Source of the DNA: Myxococcaceae bacterium | GTDB taxonomy: Bacteria; Myxococcota; Myxococcia; Myxococcales; Myxococcaceae | Assembly (NCBI GenBank): GCA_036389955.1 | Contig: DASVVJ010000282.1 | Coordinates: 1 to 30,410 of the forward strand | Direction: 5' to 3' | DNA length: 30,410 nt | Shown here: positions 1-8,199 of the stretch, one piece after another | Position numbering within the stretch: position 1 is the first letter of the stretch | How the letters are laid out: every line of letters begins with the position of its first letter | Position numbers and translations under genes: made by a program | The notes under the pieces: model-generated | What the model saw: only the letters and a program-made list of their open reading frames with translations | Database searches by the model: none | Told to the model about the DNA's origin: nothing

Positions 1-1737
1 CTCCACGTAGGGCCGGTGCAGCGGACCATGGCGGCCGTCGAAGACGAGGTCCGACGAGAAGGTGACCAGGCGCGCGCCGTAGCGCGTGCAGGCGCTGGCC
101 AGCTGCGCGGGCGCGGTGGCGTTGACGTGCAGGCACTGCTCCACGTCGTGCTCGGCCTGGTCCACGCGCACGTAGCCGGCCGCGTTGACCACCGCCCAGG
201 GCCGCAGCCGTTCCATCATGCCATCCGCCGACCGTGGATCCGTCAGGTCCAGCTCCGACCGCGAGAGCAGGTGGTAGGCAATACCGCGCGCGTCGCAGAG
301 CCTCGCGAAGGCGCGGCCCAGGGTACCGGTGGCCCCGAGAATGACGAGCGGCCGTGGCCCCCGATCCTCCATGTCGACGCCTGGCCCTGCGGGGGGGCGT
401 GAGTACGAGCGCCCCTCGACGGGGGTATGAAAGAGCCGGTCCGGCCGGCGCCACCAGCCGGGCTGGGAGAGGATGGGATCCTCGTCCCGCGAGCGCCCCG
501 CCGCCAGGTCTCGCATCAGCTGCGCCAGCGCGGTAGGCCGGGGCAGCGGCGCGCGCACGTCGTACGGGCCAGGCTCGTAGAAGCCTTCCACACGCTGCAC
601 CAGCACGTTCCAGTCGAAGGCCCCCAGCAGCGACCAGACCGTCACCGCCCGCACGTCCACGCCCTCGCCACGCAGCTCGATGGCCGTGTCCCAGAACTCC
701 TTGAGCCAGCGAAGCTGCTCCTCCCGGGTCGAGCCCAGGTGGGCCTCCGTTACCGCGATGGGCAACCCGTAGCGCTGCCACGTCTCGCGAATCACGCCGC
801 CCACGCCAATGGGCAGGTCCAGCCGCGCGCGCACCGCCTCCATGTCCGCGAAGCGCCTCCCCTCCTCTTCCATGTGGGCCCGGGCCGGGTAGGCACTCAA
901 GTTCTCGTCGAGGTAGCGGTCGCTGCTCGCATAGTGGTTGACGCCCACCACGTCCGGCGGGCAGCGGTTCTCCAGGAACCACTCCAGCTCCGCCTCGCCG
1001 ATGCCCCACTGGAGCATGTGGCCGTAGAGCGGATGCTGCCGATCCAGCTTCCCGCAGAGCAGGTCGAGCGACAGCCACCGGCGCTGGTTCTGGAAGGCCG
1101 CCAGCGAGGCCAGCGCGGGCGTGCTGTAGCGCCGGCCCAGATCCTCGGTCTGGATGAGCCGCGCGAGCGGGTTGACAGTGCGCACGGCCCTCATCGCGAG
1201 CACCACGGCCCGGCACTCGGTCACCAGCGCCCGGGCGAAGGTGGCGTGGTCTCTTCCATGGGGATACCAGACGCCATACAGCCCGCTGAAGCGCGCGGTC
1301 GTCAGCGGCTCGTTGACGGGCGTGAAGGCGTCCACCCACGGGTAGCGCTCGGCCACCCGGAGCGCGAACTCCGCCAGCCCGGTGGCGAACGAGGGATCCA
1401 CCAGGCTGGTGTGGCGCGGCCCGCTGCCGTGGTGGGTCAGCCCGACGATGGGGCGGATGTTCAGCTCACGCAGCCCCCCGAGCCGCTCGTCCGGCCAGCT
1501 CCAGTCGATATTCCCGAAGCCGTCTGGCGCTACCCGCTCCCACAGCACCGGGTAGCGGATGGCGCGAATGCCCAGGCCTGCGAAGAGGCTCAGGTCGCTG
1601 GCGCGCGTCGCGTGACCGTTGCGCTCCATCTGGTCGAAGAACACGTCGCCCACGCGGTTGACGGTGCACTCGAGGCCCCCCCACAGCTCGAGTTTCCGCA
1701 AGCCGTCCCCATGGGAATAAGACGTAGCAGAGTCCAT
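1..1737 (-). CDS. Partial fusion protein with an N-terminal family-1 glycoside-hydrolase-like domain and a C-terminal dTDP-4-dehydrorhamnose reductase (RmlD)-like domain. The C-terminus runs off the window start.
   Basis: My own translation of the minus strand from the ATG at 1735-1737 gives MDSATSYSHGDGLRKLELWGG... The ORF is uninterrupted and in frame through 372 (MEDRGPRPLVILGATGTLGRAFARL..., the Rossmann GxxGxxG of the RmlD family) and continues to position 1. The N-domain carries the GH1 acid/base motif 'PVNEPL' and a nucleophile-region 'VTEAHLG'. The ORF is absent from the supplied track, which seems to drop ORFs that leave the window. Confidence 0.8.
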   Translation of the reverse strand, partial: MDSATSYSHGDGLRKLELWGGLECTVNRVGDVFFDQMERNGHATRASDLSLFAGLGIRAIRYPVLWERVAPDGFGNIDWSWPDERLGGLRELNIRPIVGLTHHGSGPRHTSLVDPSFATGLAEFALRVAERYPWVDAFTPVNEPLTTARFSGLYGVWYPHGRDHATFARALVTECRAVVLAMRAVRTVNPLARLIQTEDLGRRYSTPALASLAAFQNQRRWLSLDLLCGKLDRQHPLYGHMLQWGIGEAELEWFLENRCPPDVVGVNHYASSDRYLDENLSAYPARAHMEEEGRRFADMEAVRARLDLPIGVGGVIRETWQRYGLPIAVTEAHLGSTREEQLRWLKEFWDTAIELRGEGVDVRAVTVWSLLGAFDWNVLVQRVEGFYEPGPYDVRAPLPRPTALAQLMRDLAAGRSRDEDPILSQPGWWRRPDRLFHTPVEGRSYSRPPAGPGVDMEDRGPRPLVILGATGTLGRAFARLCDARGIAYHLLSRSELDLTDPRSADGMMERLRPWAVVNAAGYVRVDQAEHDVEQCLHVNATAPAQLASACTRYGARLVTFSSDLVFDGRHGPLHRPYVE

Positions 1738-1796
1738 AAATCACCACGCTCCGAGGCGGGGCGAGGAGGCATTCGCGTGCGCCTCTGCTCGCCGAT

Positions 1797-1817
1797 GAGA
1801 GTTCAAGCTGAACTCTC
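1797..1817 (-). terminator. Perfect 9-bp stem with a 3-nt loop (GAGAGTTCA-AGC-TGAACTCTC) just downstream of the hflX stop. It is a candidate intrinsic terminator or attenuator without a U-tract.
   Basis: The inverted repeat is read directly from the sequence. It is AT-richer than its surroundings and lies 57 nt after the hflX stop and 60 nt before the next gene start. Confidence 0.35.
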
Positions 1818-1873
1818 AACTTCGGAAGCGTGGGGGTCTTTGGACATTGGCCCCAGGTGCATGGGCCCTGGGT

Positions 1874-3568
1874 TCAATGACCAGGCAGCTCATCCTGGAA
1901 CGAGGCCCCGCTGGCCGTGAGCGACTTGCCCTCGTGCCAGAGCAGCTCCTCGACCCGGAGGAGCAGCTCTGTCAGCCCTTCTCCCCGCGCCGCGCTGATC
2001 GCGATGCCATCCTGGTGATGCGCGGTGAGGTGGGCCAGGTGCCCTTGCATTCCCTCCTCCAGCAGATCGCTCTTGTTGAAGACGAGCAGGCGCGGTGTTT
2101 CGTGCAGGCCCAGGCTCTTCAGGATGTGCTCCACGGCTTCTATCTGAAGCAGGTGTTCCGGATCCGAAACATCCACCACGTGCAGGAGCAGGTCCGCGTC
2201 CGTGAGCTCCTCGAGCGTGGCGCGGAAGGCGCTCACCAGCGTCTGCGGCAGCGCGCGGATGAACCCCACCGTGTCGGTGATGACCACCTCGCGGTCTCGC
2301 GGGAAGCGCAGCCTGCGGCTGGCCGGATCGAGCGTGGCGAACAGCTTGTTCTCCGCCACCACGTCCGAGTTCGTCAGCCGGTTGAGGAGCGTGGACTTGC
2401 CCGCGTTCGTGTAACCGACGATGGCGAGGACCGGCACGTCGTGCCGGGCCCGCTGCTGGCGGCGCACCTGCCGGCTGACACTCAGCGCGTCGATTCTCTT
2501 CTCGAGCATGGAGATGCGGGCGCGCACGCGGCGTCGATCCACCTCGAGCTTCGTCTCGCCGGGCCCTCGCCCGCCAATGCCGCCCGCGAGCCGCGAGAGG
2601 CCCTCGTCCCGCTGGGCGAGGCGCGGAAGCATGTACCGGAGCTGGGCGAGCTCGACCTGCAGCCGGCCCTCGGCGCTGTGCGCGTGCTGAGCGAAGATGT
2701 CGAGGATGAGCTGGGTGCGGTCCAGTACCTTCAGGCTCGTGTGCTCGGAGATGTGCCGGGCCTGGGACGGCGTCAGCTCGTGGTCGAAGATGATCATGTC
2801 CGCGAAGAGCTGCATCGCCCGGAGGTTCAGCTCCTCCAGCTTCCCCCGGCCAATCACGAAGCGCGGATCGACGCGCGGCCGCGACTGGATGAGCACGTCG
2901 AGCACCTGGACGCCGGCGGTGCGCGACAGCTCCTTCAGCTCGGCCATGGAGGCCTCGGCCAGCTCGCGGCCTCCGAGCGCCACCCCGACGAGGATGGCGC
3001 GCCCCTGGACGGCGGTCTCCCGGCCGGCGACGGAGCGCCCGAAAGCCGCCTCGATCTCCTCGGCCCGCGCCACGGGATCAAAGTCCAGCCCGTGGACACC
3101 CTCGAAAGCTTCGGTCTTCCAGAACTTCGCTCGCTCGCCAGTCGCCTCGGCGTCGAGATACCCAAGATAGACTTTGCCTGGCAGGCCGTCGGGCTGCGTG
3201 ACGATCGCGCAGACGAGATCCAGCCGGAGCAAGGCCAGGTCGGTGAGATCGTCCGGCGTGAGCGGCTCATCTTTCAAGTGCGTGTGAACGAGCCGCAGGC
3301 CCCGCAGACGCGTGTCGCCCGCGCGAACGCGGCCCACCTCGGGGAGCTCCAACTTGAACGCGTCCCCGACGATGACATGCTCGATCTCTCCGCGCCGGTT
3401 GATGAGGGCGCCCACCTGACGCCCCACCTCGTGGGAGAGCTCGGAGAGGTGGCGAGCGAGCTCGGGGCTTGTCACCTCGTCAGGCCTGACGCGCCGCCGG
3501 TAAGTCGCCTCCAGGCGCTTCCACTGATTCGGCTTGAGTCCCAGGGTGTTTCCGCTGATGGCAGGAAT
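1874..3568 (-). CDS. hflX: GTPase HflX in a long form with a ~150-aa N-terminal extension.
   Basis: The 533-aa track ORF shows the HflX hallmarks: ...DRTQLILDIFAQHAHSAEGRLQVELAQLRYMLPRL..., G1 'GYTNAGKSTLLN', 'DTVGF', 'NKSD'. The conserved reading frame continues upstream of the track's GTG (3475) with ISGNTLGLKPNQWKRLEATYRRRVRPDEV and contains no ATG/GTG/TTG. A strong SD (AAGGAGAG, complement of 3574-3581) sits 7 nt before an in-frame ATT (3568). The start is therefore uncertain (ATT 3568, ATC 3559 or GTG 3475). Confidence 0.8.
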   Translation of the reverse strand: MPAISGNTLGLKPNQWKRLEATYRRRVRPDEVTSPELARHLSELSHEVGRQVGALINRRGEIEHVIVGDAFKLELPEVGRVRAGDTRLRGLRLVHTHLKDEPLTPDDLTDLALLRLDLVCAIVTQPDGLPGKVYLGYLDAEATGERAKFWKTEAFEGVHGLDFDPVARAEEIEAAFGRSVAGRETAVQGRAILVGVALGGRELAEASMAELKELSRTAGVQVLDVLIQSRPRVDPRFVIGRGKLEELNLRAMQLFADMIIFDHELTPSQARHISEHTSLKVLDRTQLILDIFAQHAHSAEGRLQVELAQLRYMLPRLAQRDEGLSRLAGGIGGRGPGETKLEVDRRRVRARISMLEKRIDALSVSRQVRRQQRARHDVPVLAIVGYTNAGKSTLLNRLTNSDVVAENKLFATLDPASRRLRFPRDREVVITDTVGFIRALPQTLVSAFRATLEELTDADLLLHVVDVSDPEHLLQIEAVEHILKSLGLHETPRLLVFNKSDLLEEGMQGHLAHLTAHHQDGIAISAARGEGLTELLLRVEELLWHEGKSLTASGASFQDELPGH

Positions 3569-3720
3569 GGTGGCTCTCCTTGCGCGTGAAGCGTGCCGCT
3601 CCGTTCGGGTCTCACGCTAATCACTGCGAAGGTCATGTGAGCCCTGCGGGCTGAGGGGCGCTACCGTACGGCTCCTCCCTCGTGAGGGGGCAAGCTGCCG
3701 CTCAACACCCAGGCAAGCAC

Positions 3721-3737
3721 CGCCAGGGCCCCTGGCG
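3721..3737. other. Perfect palindrome CGCCAGGG-C-CCCTGGCG located 22 bp downstream of the PilT-like stop. It may be a protein-binding site or part of a terminator.
   Basis: Read directly from the sequence. Confidence 0.25.
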
Positions 3738-3758
3738 GTGACTTGAAACTGCCTCCGG

Positions 3759-5528
3759 TCACTTCTGCGCCGGCGCAGCCCCGGCGGAGGCCTCCGCTGG
3801 CGACTCCACCTTGAAACCCGCGCGCTCGAGCATGGCGCGCATCTCGCTGCGGGCCACGGACTTGTTGAGCGCCTCGATCGGTTGAACCAGCTTTTTCTTG
3901 GCCAGATCCAACAGCGCGTCGTTGAGCATCATCATTCCGTGCCCGCGCGAGGTCTGCATCACCGAGGGAATCTGGAACGTCTTGCCCTCACGGATGAGGT
4001 TGGACACCGAGCTGGTGCACAGGAGCACCTCCTGCGCCGCCACGCGCCCACCACCGATCTTCTTGCACAGCGTCTGGGAGATGACGCCCTTGAGCGACTC
4101 GGAGAGCATCATGCGGATCTGCGCCTGACGGTCCGCCGGGAACTGGTCGATGATGCGGTCCACCGTGGAGGCCGCCGTGTTGGTGTGCAGCGTGCCGAAC
4201 ACCAGGTGCCCCGTCTCCGCCGTCTCGATGGCGATGGCGATCGTCTCCAGGTCTCGCATTTCTCCCACCAGCACCACGTCCGGATCCTCGCGCAGCGCCG
4301 CGCGCAGCGCGTCCTTGAAGGAGTCGGTGTGGACGCCAATCTCGCGCTGGTTCACCAGGCACTTCTTGTTCGGGTGAACGAACTCGATGGGGTCCTCGAT
4401 GGTGATGATGTGGTCTTCACGATGGCGGTTGATGTAGTCGACCATCGACGCCAGCGTGGTGGACTTGCCCGAGCCGGTGGGACCGGTGACGAGCACCAGC
4501 CCCTTGGTGAGGAAGCACAGGTCCAGAATCTGCTTGGACAGCCCCATCTCCTCCGCGCTGCGGATGGTGTTGGGAATCTGCCGCAGCACGGCGCCAATGC
4601 CCTTGCGGTCGGCGAAGACGTTGACGCGGAAGCGCGCCGCCGGCGTCTCGTAGGCGAAGTCCGTGTCGCGCTTTTTCTCCCACTGCTGCTTGTTCTTCTC
4701 CGGAGCGATGCTGAAGACCATTTCCTTGAGGCGCGGGGGCGAAACCACGCCGAACTCCGTCATGGGGACCATGTCTCCATCGATGCGCAGGTGCGGCACC
4801 GTATCGCTGGACATATGAAGGTCCGAGGCACGGCGGGCCAGCATCGTCTCCAGCAGCGAGAGCATCTGCGCCGCGGACTCGCTCTGCTGCGCCAGGTCTG
4901 CGCCCGGCGAGACGGACGGCGCCGGCTCCGGCGGGGCGGCGGGTACCGCCGGGGGCGCCGCGGGAGGCGGAGGGGCCGGAGCGGTTGCCTTCTCCACCGG
5001 CTTGGGGGCGGGTTGCGCGGCGGGAGCCATGACGGGCGGCCGGGTCGGCGTTACCGCCGGAGCGGGGCGCGGTGCCGCCGCGGCCGGAGCCGCCGCTGGA
5101 GCAGCCGCCGGAGCCTGAGGGGCACTCGCCACGGTGCTCTGGGCCATCCCCAACATGTCGGCGGGAGAGGCCAGCTCGAGCTTCTCTCCCGAGTCCTCGA
5201 ACTCGAACGTGCCATACATGGCATGCGGGGCGAAGGGCACCATCGACACCCGCGCATGTTGCTGGTCCATCTCGAACTTCACCTGGACCGCGCCTCCGGG
5301 AGAGGCATAGGGAAAGATGGTGGTCCCCGGGGCCGGGAAGGTCGCCCGTTGATCCGAAGGCACCAGCTCCGCGACCGCTCCGATGATCTGCTGGGTGGTG
5401 AGGTTCTGCTTCAGTACCGGCACGATCCCCGAGGTGGTGCGGATGCTCACGCCCCCACCGGTCTCCATGAGGATTTCCAGACCAGAGTCCTTGAGAAGCT
5501 TCTCGATGATGTAGTCAATCCTGGCCAT
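3759..5528 (-). CDS. PilT-family type IV pilus retraction ATPase paralogue. It has an extra ~100-aa N-terminal domain and a ~70-aa Pro/Ala-rich linker ahead of the canonical PilT core.
   Basis: Walker A 'GPTGSGKSTT', Asp box, Walker B 'DVVLVGEMRD', His box 'TLHTN' and the PilT-specific 'NLIREGK' motif are all present. The ATG at 5526-5528 lies 4 nt after the upstream gene's TGA (TGACATCATGG), indicating coupling. The track's TTG at 5579 would overlap the upstream gene and is judged less likely. Confidence 0.85.
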   Translation of the reverse strand: MARIDYIIEKLLKDSGLEILMETGGGVSIRTTSGIVPVLKQNLTTQQIIGAVAELVPSDQRATFPAPGTTIFPYASPGGAVQVKFEMDQQHARVSMVPFAPHAMYGTFEFEDSGEKLELASPADMLGMAQSTVASAPQAPAAAPAAAPAAAAPRPAPAVTPTRPPVMAPAAQPAPKPVEKATAPAPPPPAAPPAVPAAPPEPAPSVSPGADLAQQSESAAQMLSLLETMLARRASDLHMSSDTVPHLRIDGDMVPMTEFGVVSPPRLKEMVFSIAPEKNKQQWEKKRDTDFAYETPAARFRVNVFADRKGIGAVLRQIPNTIRSAEEMGLSKQILDLCFLTKGLVLVTGPTGSGKSTTLASMVDYINRHREDHIITIEDPIEFVHPNKKCLVNQREIGVHTDSFKDALRAALREDPDVVLVGEMRDLETIAIAIETAETGHLVFGTLHTNTAASTVDRIIDQFPADRQAQIRMMLSESLKGVISQTLCKKIGGGRVAAQEVLLCTSSVSNLIREGKTFQIPSVMQTSRGHGMMMLNDALLDLAKKKLVQPIEALNKSVARSEMRAMLERAGFKVESPAEASAGAAPAQK

Positions 5529-5532
5529 GATG

Positions 5533-6003
5533 TCAGCGCGAGAGGGGTTCCACGGAGGAGATGTAGCGTTTATTGACAAGCGCTATGCGCTTGCCCTGGA
5601 CGAGACGAATGAACGGCGGTGTGTCGTTGAGATAGTCGTTGAGCCGGGTCCGGCCCTCGGGCTGCATGTAGACGATGAGCCCTTGCAGCCGCTGGCCATT
5701 CACCAGCCGGAGCTGCACTTCGTGCTCCGTCAGGATGGTGAGGCGATCCTCTTCGCGGAACTCGTGATCGACGTCGGTCTGCGCCACCACGATGGCGGCA
5801 CTGTTGAGGAAGGTGATCATCCCCGTGGCCACGTCTTGAGCGGGAATGAATTTCATCTCTCCGTTGAGTAGGTCCGACAGCCGCTCACCCTCAGTGTACT
5901 CGGGGACCCCGGTCATGAGGAACACGGAGACCTCCCGGGCCTCACCCTCGGGAGAGGAGATCTGAGCAAGCACACGGCGTTTGGGAACGCGAAACTCTTC
6001 CAC
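5533..6003 (-). CDS. Hypothetical 156-aa protein translationally coupled upstream of the PilT-like ATPase. It is a possible regulatory partner.
   Basis: GTG start at 6003 is preceded by the SD AAGGAAG with an 8-nt spacer, and the in-frame upstream stop is 16 codons away. I recognise no family. Its codon usage ends in A/T more often than neighbouring genes. Confidence 0.6.
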   Translation of the reverse strand: MEEFRVPKRRVLAQISSPEGEAREVSVFLMTGVPEYTEGERLSDLLNGEMKFIPAQDVATGMITFLNSAAIVVAQTDVDHEFREEDRLTILTEHEVQLRLVNGQRLQGLIVYMQPEGRTRLNDYLNDTPPFIRLVQGKRIALVNKRYISSVEPLSR

Positions 6004-6204
6004 GGGAGCTGCTTCCTTGGTCGTAACGAGGGGGTCTGCGCCGGAATCCTACTGGCAGTGGTGCTCCCGCACCAAGGCCCAGCTCCGTGGCGGGCTACCC
6101 GTCAGGCCAGGTCGAGGCACGGGCCCTTTCCGGGCTGAATTTCTCTCCAAGGGTCTCGTCTGCGGGAGCCGTTGCTCGGATTTTCACCCTTAATGAGGAT
6201 CTCC

Positions 6205-6975
6205 ATGAACATCTCGAAGCGTCAGTACCTTGGCATGCTCTCCTTGTCGTTCGGTCTGGTCGTCACCGGCTGTGGAGGAGAGACTCCGGGCGAATCCCCG
6301 GACCCCCCTGCGCCCCCTGCGCCCCCTGCGCCCCCTGCGCCCCCTCCGCCCCAGGGAGGGACGGGCAACAACTCGGGAATCGCCGTGGTCTGCGGCGAGG
6401 AGACCTGTGTTGCGCCGGGAGATGCCTACACGAGCCACTTCACCGGGCCGAACTGCGATGGTGAGGAGTACTACTACACACCCTACTTCTCTGGGACGAC
6501 CGACCCGAATCCGGACCAAATCATCCGGCCGTGGGACGGCAAGGGCATGGCCGGCACGGAGCTGCGCACCGTGATGGTGCGCTCGGTCCGAGACGCCATG
6601 GGCACCTGCCTGGTGAACCAGTGGCCCGACGGCAACACGCTGAGCAACTTCGTGCGCGTCTATCGCGAGGCCAACCCCTACGCGCTCTGCGGCGAGGACA
6701 GCTGCAAGTACCCCAGGGGCCGGTACTACAGCCACTTCACCGGGCCGAACTGCGATGGCGAGGAGTACTACTACACGCCCTACTTCTCTGGGACGAACGA
6801 CCCGAATAAGGACGGGATCATCCGCTCGTGGGATGGCAAGGGCCTGGCGGGAACACAGCTCGCCTCGGCCAACACCCGCTCGTCTCGTGACAGCAGCGGC
6901 CACTGCAACGCCAACCAGTGGCCTGCCGGCAACCCGCTCACCAACATGGTGCGCATCTACCGCACCACCCGCTAG
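6205..6975 (+). CDS. Secreted lipoprotein of 256 aa made of a Pro/Ala linker and two tandem ~99-aa Cys-containing repeats of unknown family.
   Basis: ATG at 6205 follows the SD GAGGA with a 5-nt spacer. Signal peptide MNISKRQYLGMLSLSFGLVVTG|C has a lipobox. The repeats share C-GE-x2-C ... YxSHFTGPNCDGEEYYYTPYFSGTxDPNxDxIIRxWDGKGxAGTxL ... NQWPxGNxLxNxVRxYR. Confidence 0.8.
   Translation: MNISKRQYLGMLSLSFGLVVTGCGGETPGESPDPPAPPAPPAPPAPPPPQGGTGNNSGIAVVCGEETCVAPGDAYTSHFTGPNCDGEEYYYTPYFSGTTDPNPDQIIRPWDGKGMAGTELRTVMVRSVRDAMGTCLVNQWPDGNTLSNFVRVYREANPYALCGEDSCKYPRGRYYSHFTGPNCDGEEYYYTPYFSGTNDPNKDGIIRSWDGKGLAGTQLASANTRSSRDSSGHCNANQWPAGNPLTNMVRIYRTTR
6304..6348 (+). repeat. 9-bp tandem microsatellite (CCCCCTGCG)x4 plus one degenerate copy, encoding (PAP)n.
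   Basis: Read directly from the sequence. It lies inside the lipoprotein linker and is an in-frame 9-bp unit, so it is a candidate slippage-prone tract. Confidence 0.8.
6391..6972 (+). repeat. Two tandem ~297-bp DNA repeat units encoding the duplicated protein domain.
   Basis: AGCCACTTCACCGGGCCGAACTGCGATGG(T/C)GAGGAGTACTACTACAC(A/G)CCCTACTTCTCTGGGACGA occurs at 6433 and again at 6730, which is 297 bp apart and about 95% identical. Confidence 0.8.
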
Positions 6976-7086
6976 AGCGCCGAACAGGTCAGGTCACGCC
7001 GCGCAGGTAGCGCGTGGCGACCTCAAGGTTTTGGACGACCGCGAGTCGCCTGAGGTCAAAGAGGTTGCGGCGGGTGCCTTGATAAC

Positions 7087-7100
7087 GGGCCTTCGGGCCC
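7087..7100. terminator. GGGCC-TTCG-GGCCC hairpin with a UUCG-type tetraloop in the convergent intergenic region. It is a candidate terminator for either flanking gene.
   Basis: Read directly from the sequence. It sits between the convergent stops at 6975 and 7196. Confidence 0.3.
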
Positions 7101-7195
7101 TGGCGGTTGGCTAGCCTGGCTCCAAGACGGCAAGGGCCACGGGAGAAGCCCACAGCCCGCAGTCCCCTCCAGGCCAGCCCCTGCCTGCCGCTTTA

Positions 7196-8023
7196 CTACG
7201 CGCCGAGCACCTGCTTGGCGCGAGCGTAATAGGCCTCGCGGGCGGCCAGTCCGTTGAACCCGCCGTTGATGCGGCGGGTGATCTCCCGGAAGTTGCCCTG
7301 ATCCGCGTAGCTGTTCAGGTTGCGGCTGTTCCAGAACCACGCGGCGGTGCGGAAGCCCACGTCCACGTCCGCCGCGCGCCGGGGGTTGCCCTCCAGATCG
7401 ATGCCCAGGGCCTTGCCCGCCGCCCGGTAATTGGCGCGGCCCGTGAGCTGAATGGGCCCGCGGCCCTTGTAGCGCACGCCGTCACCCGGATGAATGTTGC
7501 CCAGGTCCTTGCGGCCCTCGTACGCCGCACCCGAGGCGAGCTCCTCGAAGTAGCGGAACTCGGCGCTCTCGTGCGCCAGCTGCGCCAGGAACGCTGCCTG
7601 CCGCTTCGGGGTGTTGATGCCCGCTTCGACCATTGCCTTGTTGAGGTGCGGCAGCACCTCGTTGGCCCTCGCCGTCGACAGGTGCGGCATGATCTGCCGC
7701 AGCTGCTGCACCGAGACCCCACCCTTCACCGGGCCCGGATCCGTGGGCCGGGTCGGCGCGGCAGCCAGCGCGGCCCACGTCCGGGGCCCCACCACGCCAT
7801 CCGCGCCCAGGCCCTTGGCGCGCTGGAAGGATTTCACCGCCGCCGTGGTCTTCGGGCCGAAGTCCCCATCCGCGGCGCCCGGGCTGAAGCCGGCCGCGGC
7901 CAGCTTGCGCTGGAGGTCCACCACCTGGGGACCGCGAGCGCCTTCCCTCAGGGTGGGCGGCGCGAGGGCCGCCGTCGCGGCCAGAGGAGCAGTGGTAGGG
8001 CGTACAGTCGAGGCGGAAAGCAT
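7196..8023 (-). CDS. Secreted peptidoglycan-binding protein with a C-terminal GH19 chitinase/lysozyme-like domain.
   Basis: PG_binding_1-like 'VKSFQRAKGLGADGVVGPRTWAAL' and GH19 catalytic-region motifs 'AAFLAQLAHESAEFRYFEE...YKGRGPIQLTGRANY...FWN' are present. ATG at 8023 (MLSASTVRPTTAPLAATAALA) is chosen because the longer track ORF would overlap the upstream gene. Tandem stop TAG-TAA. Confidence 0.75.
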   Translation of the reverse strand: MLSASTVRPTTAPLAATAALAPPTLREGARGPQVVDLQRKLAAAGFSPGAADGDFGPKTTAAVKSFQRAKGLGADGVVGPRTWAALAAAPTRPTDPGPVKGGVSVQQLRQIMPHLSTARANEVLPHLNKAMVEAGINTPKRQAAFLAQLAHESAEFRYFEELASGAAYEGRKDLGNIHPGDGVRYKGRGPIQLTGRANYRAAGKALGIDLEGNPRRAADVDVGFRTAAWFWNSRNLNSYADQGNFREITRRINGGFNGLAAREAYYARAKQVLGA

Positions 8024-8199
8024 GGCAAGGGATCCAGTTCTCAGGAAATGAGCTGAATGCCCCGTTATCGTGTGCGCCCCTGTGGGAGTTGCGCAGACAT
8101 CTAAAAAGAGGGCCCCAAAGGGAACCCGGGCCGCAGCCACGGAGCCGGGGTCACTCCCAGACGCCCCCCTGCCAGCGCAGGCCCTGCCCGCAGAGGCGA

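Noticed and set aside
427-1920. 497-aa plus-strand ORF
   Set aside because: It is antisense to the GH1-like/RmlD-like gene, which I verified by continuous translation with family motifs. Its product is Arg/Pro/Gly/His-rich with no motifs, the typical high-GC antisense artefact.
3882-5576. 564-aa plus-strand ORF opposite the PilT gene
   Set aside because: The opposite strand encodes a textbook PilT ATPase. This frame is low-complexity R/G/H-rich.
5528-5579. TTG 5579 as the PilT-like start
   Set aside because: It would overlap the last 15 codons of the upstream gene. ATG 5528 lies 4 nt after that gene's stop, the standard coupled arrangement.
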